Below, piece after piece: positions 1 through 12,300 of a stretch of DNA of 64,000 nucleotides. The DNA is from Klebsormidium nitens (taxonomy: Eukaryota; Plantae; Klebsormidiophyceae): NCBI GenBank assembly GCA_000708835.1, contig DF237141.1, positions 87,665-151,664 on the forward strand. Reading direction: 5' to 3'. The notes under the pieces are model-generated. The model was not told the origin of the DNA. It did not search any database and worked only from the letters and a program-made list of their open reading frames with translations. A program made the translations under genes and the position numbers. Position 1 is the stretch's first letter; every line of letters starts with the position of its first letter.

Positions 1-305
1 GCTTTTCAGGCAGTGAGCCCACGACCATTAGCGCTGGAACCTGCGGGTTAATAAAAGGGTTTAACGACGGACTTCAGGTTTTAGTGACAGGCTTTAGGCT
101 CGAGGTGTTGCACTGGGGTTGACTCTGAAATTGGGCTTCTTGGGGCAACCATAAGCGCCGGGACCTGCAGGTTAGTGAAAGGGTTTAGCAACAGGGTTTA
201 CTTTCAGTGACAAGGTTTAGGCTCCGGGGGCCTCATTGGGGTGTCTACCGGGACGGGCTTCTCGATGATTGAGCCCACGACCATGAGCGCCGGGACCTGC
301 GGGTT
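1..305 (-). repeat. Three ~125-bp tandem units, each an acceptor plus TRA1 exon start (VPALMVVGS)
   Basis: CAG acceptors (plus-strand ctg at 41-43, 165-167, 297-299), each followed on the - strand by GTY CCR GCG CTN ATG GTY. Confidence 0.85.
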
Positions 306-3300
306 AATACAGAAGTCTGCGGGTTTGCACGCCACCTCATTTGATGCCGTGACGCAAAGGACATGCGAGAAATCTTAGGTAAGGGGAGAGACAGACACCT
401 TGGGAGCAGACGACAAAGAAGGCTGAAAAAATCCTTGAGAACAATTTTTCTGTACCGCGGGAACAGTCACCTTGCGCTGCTTGCCCGACCTCAATGGGTC
501 CCTTTTGCACCAGGATCGCGAGCAGAACTCTCAGCCCCTGCTTGAGCTGAAGTCCGTGAGCGCTTTCTTATAAGCGTTAAAGCCCTTACCAAGATCGCTC
601 AGCGTGTCTTGATAACTCCTAAAGAACAACGTAAAAGGAGCGGACCATCTTACCCTTGCACTGTTGGGAGCAACCTCGATCGGCCCTTTTTCCACCAAGT
701 TCGCCAGCAGTACCTCCAGCCCCTGCTTGAGCCAGAGAACGTCTGCAAGCGCTTCAAGTTTTTGAGAAACTCTGAAGTGCGAAAAACACACACCCTGGCG
801 CTGTTTGGCGCGACCTCGATCGGCCCCTTCTCCACCAGAATAGCGAGCAGTATGTCCAGCCCCTGTTTGAGCCCGCATTGCGTCCGCTAAGGCTTTTCAG
901 AGACCCTTTAAACTTCTGAAAGACAAACACTTGAGACTCCAAAGTGCAACCGTACTCACCCTTGCGCTGTTTGGCGCAACCTCAATAAGCCCCTTCTCCA
1001 CCAGGATTGCAAGCAGAATGTCCAGCCCCTGCTTGGGCCAGAAGAAGTCTGCGGGCAATTCAAATTTCTGAGGAAGACCCTCGAACCTCTGAACTGCAAC
1101 GACACTCACCCTTGCACTGTTTGGCGCGACCTCGATCGGCCCCTTCTCCACCAGAATCGCCAGCAGAATGTCCAGCCCCTTGAGCCAGAAGACGTCCGCG
1201 AGCGTTTTCTTATATCCATGAAGGCCCTTTACAAGAGCGCTCAACATATTTTTGAAACTCCTAAAGAACAATTTGAGAGAATGGGACCATCTTACCCTTG
1301 CACTGTTGGGAGCGACCTCGATTGGCCCTTTCTCCACCAGGATCGCCAGCAGAATGTCCAGCCCCTGCTTGAGCCAGAAGACGTCCGCGAGCGCCTCCCA
1401 GTCTTGCTCGCTGATGATGTAGCACAGGCGCGCGAACAGCGTCTTGCCGATCGCCTCGTTGTACAGCGCAAAGAACTGCTGACGTAGGCCCGGCTCCGAG
1501 CAGCGCAGGCCGAGCATGAACGTGCGCTCCACCTTCTGGAAAACCTCCTGCGACTCGGTGGAAGAGGTGACGTCAGCCCTTGAGCCGTGACGTCAGCACG
1601 TGCGGATTACGGTTGGCAGCGAACTTCCGCCAGAGGCCCGGCTGCGAACAGCGCAGGCCGAGCGCGAACATGCGCTCCACCTACTGGAAGACTTCCTGCA
1701 AGGTCTAGTGAGTCAGGTGACGTCAGCATGTGAGGTCAGGGGACAAGAAGCACAAGTCAGCAAGTGCCCCAAAGGCGACGCCAAGAACCAAGCAAAAAGG
1801 ACCCAAGAAAACCGTTAAGGAAGCATGGGCGTGATCTCCAACTTCCAGACCAGCTGCAGGGACAAAGCGAAAGGATCATACGAAAGCACGTGATAACAAG
1901 GTGACGTCAGCAAGCCACAAAAAACACGAGTACGAATCAAGCACTCAAAAGCACGGGCCTTCGATCCTGCTTTTCGCGAACGACCTGCCAGTAAATGGAG
2001 GAAGGTGACATAAGCATGCCCAAACATGACGCCAGCGTGACAACAAGATTTACCGAGGATTGGATGAGAAGATCATCTGGCATTCTTCGCAGCCTTGGCG
2101 CATGGCAAACCCTGGTGTTCAGATTCCTTCTCGATTCACGGCTTGAACCAATAGAACACAGATTAAGAGGATCGCTAGAAAATCCATGATTCACCAGAAA
2201 TGTCACACGTAGCAGAGAGCAGATGAAAGTTGTAACGGACCTGGCGTAGACCCGGTGAGTGATGCGTCACGTCCGCGCACAACCGGTGCAGAAGCTTCAG
2301 CAACTTCCCGTCCCACTCTCCCGCCAGTTCCTTCCCAAAGTTCGCTTTATCCACTTGCGCCAACTTCGTCATCAGCATGAGCACGTCCGGCTGCTTCAGG
2401 TTCCCGGACGCTTTGCTGTCCGGCTTCTCAACCCACTCCTTAACCACGTCCAAAACCTCCATTCGGACGCTGGGATCCACCGCCGGTTCCGCGAGGATCG
2501 TGGGCAGCATTTGCAGGAACACGATTCGCTGCTGAGGGATCCCCAAAACCCGTAAAGACGCTAACCTCAGCGCGAGTTTCAGGTTACCCCAGGGGGGCAA
2601 TTCCCCGGCGGTTTTTGCGGCCTGCACCAGGTTATACTGGAGCACCGCCTGCGGGTCTTGGGGGTGGCTTGTTTTCGGGTTAGGCAAACCCGCGCCGTCG
2701 ATCATGAGCTTCAGGAAGCGCTGCCCGATGCGAACTAGGGCGGGGACGAACTTGTCCACGAACGACTTTTGCAGGGGGGAGAGGACCTTCAGGATTTGCA
2801 GCGAGACGGTGAGCCCCGTGTGCAGGGTTTTCAGCTCGACGGCCGGGTTAGTGGGCTGGTTAGACGCGTTGGTTAGCTGCTTGATCAGCATGTCTTCCAC
2901 TTTGGTGTGGATGGACTTCACTTCGGGGGGGAGGCTGAGCGTGTCCGTCGGATAGGCTTGGTAGACCATTTCCAGAACGGAGCACAGCTTAGCGGTCAGC
3001 TCGGAGTTGCGGATCGCGAAACACGGGTCCAGCACCTTGAAAAAAGGGGAGACCCAAAGATCAGCACTTGAAGAACTCAACTAGCAGATGTTTTGTTAGG
3101 GTAGTGACGAACGAGCACCTTGAGTGGAGGGGAGCAAACTCAAACTTCGGAGGTTTAAGTCTTCCGAAAGACACCGATGGTGAAATGATAAACAGGGGGC
3201 ACGCACCAGGAAGTATGTAACAGGAAAAGAAAGTGCTAGCCGTTGATCTTATTAAGCAAGTGATAGAGCCTCAGGCGAACGGATGAAGAAAGAGAGCTCA

Positions 3301-6300
3301 GATTGTGACCGTAACCCTTCTCCTCTTGCCGTGGCGTCTACATGTTGCTCGATAATATGCTCCAAGGAACCGACAAGCTGAGACCCTGACACTTTACACA
3401 AAGGACCCATCCTTTATAACTCAGGCAGAATCTGCTGGAACAGACTTAGACCAAGCCTCGACCCCTAATAGGATGCACACCTATGTAGTGTGCATCCTTC
3501 TGAGATACACAATCCTTGTAACCATCAAGCAGGTCATCTGAGCCGACATCTTAATCTAGCAACTATTGATATTGCCGGACTCGGGCAACTGGCACGCCTG
3601 CTCAGCACATCCAAGCTGGTGCATAGTTCAATCTGGTCGTTTTGGCAAATCCCAAACCCATATTTTAACCTGATCAGTCTTACTCTATCTGGGGTCTTCA
3701 GCCCTAAGCCTCATGTTACCTGGTGTATATGCATGTTGTCAGACTTGAGGAATTGGCGCACCTGCTTAGCAAGCACGACTTTGAGCACATCCAAGCCGGT
3801 GCTTATAATTACCCTGCCTAACCCAATCAAAACCCTTATGTGACTGGTTTCGATTGCTGCAACCGGTTACTCCTCCTAACGTCAAGTTCTAACCCACCTG
3901 TGTATCTGCATGTTGCCCAGTTTGGCGCGCCTGCTTGGCAAGAGCACGTCCAAGCCAGTAGTTAGAGTCCACTTGGAGACGAAAGGTAAAACCTCAGCCT
4001 TGCCATAACGTTTCCGCACGTTGCAGAACACCGTGACTCGAATGGTTTCTTACCTGGTGGATCTGCATGTTGCCAGACTTGAGGAACTGGCGCGCCTGTT
4101 TAGCGAGAACGACTTTGAGCACGTCCAGGCCGGTGTTGAGCGCGGGCGGGACCTCCAGGCCGCGGTTGTTGGGTGCGGACAGCAGCTTCTCCATGTAGTG
4201 GAACTTGACGGTTGCGGTTGGCCACAGGTCCAGGCACTGCAACAAGAACCGGATAGACAGATCTGGCATCCGCAGTGTTTATTGTTGGCATATTTACGAG
4301 CAAGGGTTTCTACTTGTTCGCCCTCTGCCTAGAGAATACAGCGGTAAATGATTCGGCCTTAGCGCATGGTGGTCAGAAGGTCAGAGCTGAAAGCCTGACG
4401 ACGCCGGTCAGCTTGTAAGCTCACGGTAGCAATCCCTTCGCGACTGTTCCGAACTCCTATTCTTGTCGGTTCGGCACTGTAAGATAAGAGAAGAGAGCGG
4501 GCTCGGATCCTGGTGAAGGGGAATATCCACCCCAGGTCGGAGAGACTCCAATTCTGCACGAATAAGCCGGAGACTCTTTGTCCCTCAACGTGTACCTGAC
4601 TTGGACAATAGTGGTTGGCCACAGATCTAGGCACTGCATCAGAAGGTGCAAATGTTTCCTTCATAACTGATAACCGACTTGAATCATTCGCAAGACGGAC
4701 ACAAGATTTCAGAGACCCGCGACGTGCTGTGGACGGGGATGGCAAAGCGCGGGTGGTAAAGGAATCGAGCCAAGGCTCGTTTCCGCAAGAGCTGACGTCT
4801 TAAGATTTGCATCCTTTCGGCGGGCACCAAGGTGACCAACGCTTGTGCCGCCTGCATTCAGATGCAGCTTGCAGCCATCTTGAGAAAGAAGCTTAAAGTC
4901 TGTCGACTGTAACATATAAATGAAGCCACCACTTCCCAATTCTGATCCCGAAACATGGTTGAGAATGAGTGGCCAGCGACAGTATGCGGACGAAGCAGGC
5001 TGGCACAGACTCTTAACCAATCAAGGGCTCCTCACCTGTCCCAACAGGTCCAACGAAGGCGTGTACATGACCTTGTGCTCCTTGTCCTTCGACGGCTCCG
5101 TCAAGAAGCAAACCCGCGTCAAGAAGCTGATGATCATCTCCTCCATCGCCGGACTCGGCCGGAACTCTTCCTCCGGCGGCCCGGTCGGGGTTCCCGCGTT
5201 TGCGCCGGGCGTCGGAGGGATCCCCCCGTCAACCGGTGTCGCGATCGGCGCCCCGCCCTCGCCCTTGAGCCGCTTGACACCATCCTTTTCGTCGTCGTCG
5301 AAGCCCGCGCCGGACGACGTCCGCTTGCTGCCGCTCCCCGGGTGGTCCACGTCCATGTCGAGGACCCCTTCCGGGTTCTGCGCGCCGCCCGGGATTTGCG
5401 GCGGGGGAGGCGGCGGGTTCTCCGCCTCCTCCATGCGGCGCTTCTCCCACTGGACCACCAGCCCCGCGAGGTCGATCGCGAGTTTGCGGCTCTCGGGGGG
5501 CGTGTTTTGGGGTAACCCTAACCGACTGAGGCTGTTAACCATCTGAGGGACGAACTGGGCTCTGCTCGGGTAGAACAAACTAGAGTGGCGAACTAGGAGC
5601 TGGAAGATGTGCGTCAGGTGCGCCATGGAGTGGCCCTCTTCTACCAGGACCTTTTTGGTGTACCGGATCCATATGGGCACCTTGGAGTCGCCCACTTTGA
5701 GGGGGAGCCGGACGGGGAGCGACGGGAGGAGCGTGTCAAGCGCCTGCTTGACGAGCTGGCGGGATTCGGGTTGGCACGTACGAAGCAGGGCGACGAAGAC
5801 CTGAGAGGCGAAAGAGAGGGAGTTCAGGTTCTGAGTGTGCCAATAAGAAGGAAAGTCGACTAAAGCAGGAGACATTCGATCCGAAGCCAATCAAAATTTG
5901 AGCTAGTCCTTCTCAAGAGTGCCTCCGACCATGAAAGGGGTACCTCAGACCGATGCACCTGACCAAGTTTACTCTTTTAGATCGCTTTCGGCCATTCGTT
6001 AAAACCGAAACAACCCTTGCTGGCGTCGTTAGACGACGGAATCTGGAGACCAAAAAGTCCAAGCCTTGGGACCCTGACAGCACAAGCGAACCTTCTTTCT
6101 TGCTTGACCACAATGGCAAACCTGTATACGTCAGGACACCGGGTACATGCCCGGAAGCTATACTTCTCTGGCGCTTGGTAAGATTCCGTCTGCTAGCTTT
6201 CACAACAAAAGCTCTCCAAAACTCTCTTGCTCCAAACCTCGGACCCTGAACGTCGCGTCTCCGCAACACGGAAGCCAATTAGGACCCCTGTGCCCGGTTG

Positions 6301-9300
6301 ATGATCTTCGGAGGCGCCTGACAGGCCCGGAAGGAACCAAAGGGTGATCGAGGCCCGCTGGTCGGAGGTGCTGCCTTCCTCGCTGACGAGATAGAGCGGC
6401 TCACAAGCTTCGAAATCCAAGAAATCTAGACAAACCCTAGAATCTTAGATCAAAAGAACCCGTAGGTTACAAAACTTGCCTGGAGGATGATCTTCTCGGG
6501 CGCTTGGTAGGCTTGCAGGAAGTGGCAGACGTTGACGAAGGCCCACTGCTTGGACGAGCTGGAGTCCTCGCGCTTGAGGTGATGCCAGCCGTGCTTGATG
6601 AGCTCCTTGCGGTGCGGGTTGAGCTCGCGCGGCATGTGGCTGATCAGCGCCGTCGCCAATTGCAACAGCTCGATGCGCAGCGGCTCCTCGAACGTCTCGC
6701 TGATCTGCAAAGACAATGTCATATTGGTTTGAACCCCTTTCTGATATACGCAAATTAAGCGATCCTATGTGTTGTTTAGAAGTGAGACACCAAGAGCTTT
6801 CCTTTTCCGAGCGGTCTGCTCGCGTGATCAACTCTCTGGTGTCTTGCCTACAGCAGCTCGATGCGCAGCTTCTTCTCGAAAGTCGCGCTGATTTGTTGAG
6901 AAAAAGGGCTTGGAAATGCATTTTCACCTCCTCCAGTTTTTGCGGGACAAATCTAAAGGAAGGAAAGTTGTTGGACGACGAGTTCCTTGATCCTCCGCAG
7001 CTGTTATCTCGGTAATCTAGTTAACTTTTTGAGTTTTTGCTTGAATTAGGAAGCTAAGGAAAAATACTGTGCGCTCAGAATGTTCCTTTCGTGGCGGTCT
7101 GTCCAGTTTCTTCCTTCTGAGCCCCCTCGTTCTTTCTCATATTGGGATCTGTCATAGAAACAATTAGCTCCTGAATGCAGCGCTATACTGGATTTACTAG
7201 TTCTTTTTCCTTTTTCTTCTTCGTTTCTACTCTCTGCTTGACATTTTGCGTTGGGGGTCATGTGTAGGGGGCCATCCCGTCCCCCTCCTGAATAGAATGG
7301 AATAGAACGGAACGGAATGAACCCACAAAAATGCACGACAAACTTTGTCCAATCAGGACCCTCACCTCCGCAGGCGGGTCCAGCAGGTGCTCCACAATGA
7401 TCCCGATCGTCGCCTCCTCGATGACGTCATTCGCCTCGCCGTGCGTGAACGCGTACGTCAGCATGGGCAGGATCAGCAGCTGCATCGCGACCACCAGCAG
7501 CTCCTGGCTCAGCGCCTTCTGCCGGAACAGGTCCAGAAAGCGGAGCAGAACCGCCTTCTTTTCCGGGGGGGTGTACTGCTCCGGAACCTCGATCATGAAG
7601 AAGGCCTTGAGGAAGGTGTAGTCGATGCGCGTCGGCGTGAGGAAGATTGACAGCATGTCGAACAGGACGTTCACTTCGGACCGCTCGTGGCGCACAAAGT
7701 TGAGGAAGCACTTGATCAGCCGCTTGCTCTCCTTGGCCTGGAGAAGGCAGAAGAAGGGGTTTCGGTGTCGTTATAGACGATGTCACCTCTCTGTATCATT
7801 CCTGCCCCGCTTTCACAAGCTGATTAGGGGGCAAAGCATACCAAACGGGGTGTGCATGAGTCCGGAATATTCAGTCCGACACATGTCTGCAGAACTTAGT
7901 CGGAAGTTTGAAATGCACTTGACCAGACGGTCACTCTTTTTGTTCTGCACACTTGACAAACAGCAGCTATTATCGGACACAAACTGTCCAATTTTTGTCA
8001 TCCTGCAAACCTACCAAAGGTAAGTTCGAATCAAGCCAGAGGTCAAGTTGCTTTCCACAAGAGCGGGAACGCCCGTGACTTTCGTCCAGCGCAGAAGTAT
8101 CTGTCTATACACTTCGCGATTGCTTCGCGATCAGCCTTACTTGCGGCACGTTCAGCTTCTCCTCCTGCCGGATCCGCCCCGCGCGCTGCGGCGACCGCCA
8201 CAGCTGTACGAGCGCGTCGAACATCGGCCGGTTCTCGTGGAGCCAGTTCGGCAGCAGCTTAACTAGAGCGGACACTAAAGCCACCCCCTGAAACTGTACC
8301 TCTCCGGGCGCCCCCAAATACTGCTGTGGAACCACGATCGCCACCGACGGCGTTCCGGGAGTTGCGGGGGGAGTGCCCGGGGTCGGGTTAGGGTTTTGGG
8401 TTTGCCCAGGGTTGACGTGCTGGTTTTGGGTTAGCATCTGGGTATTGGGCGGTTGGTGGGGGTTTAGGGGAGGTGCCGCCGGCGCGGCCGGGTTTTGGGG
8501 GTCCGGCGGGGGAGAGGCGGGCATTTGGAGGTTGGGGAAAGCTTTGGCGATGATCTTCTCGGGGCTCTTGGCGAGCTCGTTGCGCAGGGGCTCGCCCGCC
8601 TCGGACCGGATGATGTCCAGTAACCTGCAGTGGGTTTGCAATGAGTGTCAAGTCGATAAGCTTCTGAATTGAACACGATGGCGGATTTGGTTGCAAGCGA
8701 ATGATGTCAAGTACCTGGCAGACCATGTAGAAAGGGTTTTGGATTCTAGTCTACGGAAGTGATGCCCGCCTGCGGATGTCGTGATTTAAGGATATGTCGT
8801 GCCTTAAAGATTCAACGTCTTTGTTGAGTGAGTGAAGCAAGGCAAGATCGTGGAAGCTATTACACTGCTTCGTTGGTTCTGTGGATCCCTTGAGGCTCCA
8901 CAGACTGGCAATCTTCTGTCACTGGATCGAGAGCGAGGTCTTTCTTGTGGAACTCCATAATCGCAGCTCACGTTCGACCTGGATATGCTCTTGCTGAACG
9001 ACAGACTTGCAGCCGAAGTCTTCCGTACCCATGCGGTTCTCGTGGAGCTTTCCCCTGTCCAGAGCTCCTATACGTACGAGGTTGAATGACTTTGTCACCC
9101 GCCATGAACATGTCCTCACCTTGTGAAGAAGGCCGGTTGGTTCAGCCGCTGCAGGAAGTAGTCGACTGCGTCCGTCGAGTAGCGGTTAAGGAACTTGGTT
9201 AACGGGAGGCGGTAGGGGCTGTTGAGCTCGCTGTAGACCCCCGTGGGCGGCAGCGCCTTCTCTAACTGGATGGTTAAGCAAACCATGGGGTCCAGGAACT

Positions 9301-12300
9301 TGGCGGCGGCCGGCGGGAGCAGGTGGAATAGCTCGAGCACGGCTGCGGACAGAAACGGACAGGATGTAGGTTTGCAGCTTTTGGTGCGGACAGGGAACGG
9401 ACGGATTTGCGTTGCAGCTTTTGATGCGGACAGGGTACGGACGAAGTGTGCATTTGCACATATCGTTGCGGAGAGGGAACGGAGGGAAGCTGCCTTGGCA
9501 ATGTCTGATGCGGACAGGAACGGACGGAGTTTGTTGCAGCTCTTGGTGCGAACAAGAACAGTCGGAATTTTGGCTTGCAGCTTTTGGGCGGCCAAACGGG
9601 TATTGAAATTGAAAAAGGCAAAGAAACTGAGGCGCACCCGAAGCGTTCTAGAGGGCGGATTCGATCAAGGAAGCTGTCAAAAAGTGAATGGTCCAACGGA
9701 CAATCCCTTGGTGCTTCCCATGAAAATTGGCTTCCAAGGTATCTGACAGAGAAAAGTGGACTGACAGGCAATAAATCGGGCACCCGCAAGCAGAACCACA
9801 GACAGGAAGCTAGCTCCGAGCAAAAAAAAGGAACATTCCAGTCAGGGAGAAAGCTTTGACAAGACAACCAGTTATTCGTCTGTTCTTCGGCTTTAACACA
9901 AACTCAAGATCGGGCGAACAACAGAAGCAAGAAATCGAGTCATATGGAAAAACGGGCATGGACATTATTGACACAAGAAGCAAAAAGCCCTCACCGGCGG
10001 CAATCTTGGGCTCGTCCCCGTTCTTCCACCCCTTCCCCGTTGTCGCGATCAGCTTATCCAGCTCCAGCCACTTCTTCAGATGCTCCATCAGCTTCTCCCC
10101 GAGTGTCACGTTGAACCAGTTCGCTAGCAGCTCCAGCAACCGGGCCAGGCCTTGGAGCAGGGGCATGTTCAGGTTCTTGTAATGCGCCAAGTTGACCAGA
10201 ATTGGTCGCAGGCTGGTTTGGAGGAGCTCTTTCGGCATCTTCTGGTCGCGGATAACCTGGCAAGGTCAAGGGTGAAGGTTAGAATCCCGATGTCCCAGGC
10301 TCTAGTGGACAGTCGGTATGTAACAGTGCGCCAGGTTAACCAGTATCGGTCGTAACTGAAGGAGTTTGGAGGAGTTACTTCGGCACCTTCTGGGCTCAAT
10401 AACTTGGCGGGATACGTAATAACTTTCCAAATGTTGAGATGTGGCCATACTTTCGACTTTCAAGTTTATTGTTCGCTGCTCATAATGCGCCAGATTAATC
10501 GAAACAGGGTTCGTTGCTCAAAGCTCGTAGACTTACATATTTACCTCTGCATAAGCATAGACTTCCAACATGTGTACCTGTCGGAGACCCTCCTTGGCAA
10601 CTACGAACGAGTGTTCGGCGAGTGAGCCGCTGGCAAAACCTTCACCAATCTTCACTCAGTATCACCTACAAGTCTTCTTATTAGAACAACAAGATAAGTC
10701 CAGCTTCTGCCAGTTCTCACCTGTCGCAGCCCCTCCTTGGCGACGGCGACGATGTCCTGGTTCTGGCAGGTGAGCCGCTTGAAGAACATGCCGATGATAC
10801 GCGTGCGCAGCTCCGTGTGCTGCGCGTGCTTCAGGTCCGCCCACGCCATCGCGGTGCACAGCAGCTCGATGCACGCCGTGCGCAGCTTCGTCAGCGTCGC
10901 CGTCGTCTTGGGATTCAAGTACTTCCCGTGCATCGCCTAAAAGAAAGTCAAGTGAATTTGGGCTTCTTTCCTTTCATCGATCGTACAAGTGAGATCTCCC
11001 GTGCATCGCCTGCATCAAATGAGAGCTCAGATCAAGAATGCACGTCAAGAAGCATATTAACCAAAGCTGCACAGCTGCCCCTGCTCCGCTCTCAGCCGCT
11101 CCTCTTCCTCGACACGCCTGAGCGTCGCTGCTCTACTCGCTGCTCCCCTAGGCCAGACCCTCCTACCCGACGGTTTGCGCTCAACCTCGTCCGAGCACAC
11201 GCAAACAGAGGACGGACTAAGAATCCTCAGAAGCTTCATTATCTTCCTCTCGTTCTCACCCGCTCGTCCGTCTCGACGTTCCTAAATACCCTGTCCAACA
11301 TCAGTTCTCCCCATGTAACCCTTCTCTTGGACGGCTTTCGGCTTACTTACATTCACCAACATGAGGAAAAAGTGGTGTAGTCTTGCCCCGTTCTCACCTG
11401 CTCGTCCGTCTCGGCAATACCCAGCGCCTCCTGCAGGATCATGAGCAGCTCCGGCGTGACCTTCAGCAGCGGCGGCCGCAGCGCGAGGCAGAAGTTGAGC
11501 GCCATTACTGTGCCCACCTGGCAGACACGTCGGGTGACGTCAGCAAGTCCTTAAAAGACGCAGGCAAGGTGGACACTTGACCTCGATTAGACTGGCATGA
11601 CGTCCCAAATAATCGCATGTCGCGTCCACATATTGTAAGAGATCCACGTAGCTTGACGTGATGGGGCGCCTCCTTGCCTCATAAACGGCAAACCGATGCA
11701 GACTGCCGAAGGGATTGAGCTCCATAATAAAGGAGAAGTACCAGCGATTCGTGAATCAAGCATCAGGAGTCAGCATATAAGCTTGTAACCCGTATTTAAA
11801 ACATCGCAGGCGTAGGAGAGAAAATCAAACAAGTGTTGGTTCTTCCCGTCGTTCCTAGATTGCTCATTCTGAAGCCAAGTGCCTTCCTTGCAACCAGCTG
11901 GAGGAACGTAAAAAGACGAACGAGTAAAAGAGTACAAGTAGCCCTTGAGAAGGAGGGAAGGAATGCTCGCCTGCGCCTCAGCGTGCTTGGCGCGCAGCGG
12001 CCGCCCGACGAGCATGTTGAGCAGCGGCCCGTGCAGCGGCTCCAACAGTTCGGACACTTCCGTGCCCCATCGCTTCGCCAGGAACCCCAGGCAAGTTTGG
12101 ACGTTCTTCCGGACGTTCTGACTCGCCGCCGGGTTGAAGAGCTCCGCGGCTAACACTTCGACGACGCCCTGGAAGCTCTGCTTGTCTTGGGCGTCGGAAG
12201 TGGAGGCGTCAACGGCAGGGTTGACCACCCTGTGAAAAAGAGGTTAGGAGGGGTTAGGGGTTGTGGTTATGTGGATTTAGGGTTTTGAAGTGCCGGGAAT

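Noticed and set aside
465-1400. Reading the repeated TRA1 peptide as a protein repeat domain or a CRISPR-like array
   Set aside because: TRA1 has this segment once. Units are ~100-nt exon ends with donors and variable intron-like spacers, in a eukaryotic gene with no cas genes.
12240-12300. Telomere-like GGGTTAG/TTTAGGG words here and at ~21000-21035, 51280-51300 and 51990-52170
   Set aside because: There are no perfect tandem arrays. On the transcribed strand most read CTAAC/AACCC near splice sites, which branch-point and pyrimidine-tract composition explain better.
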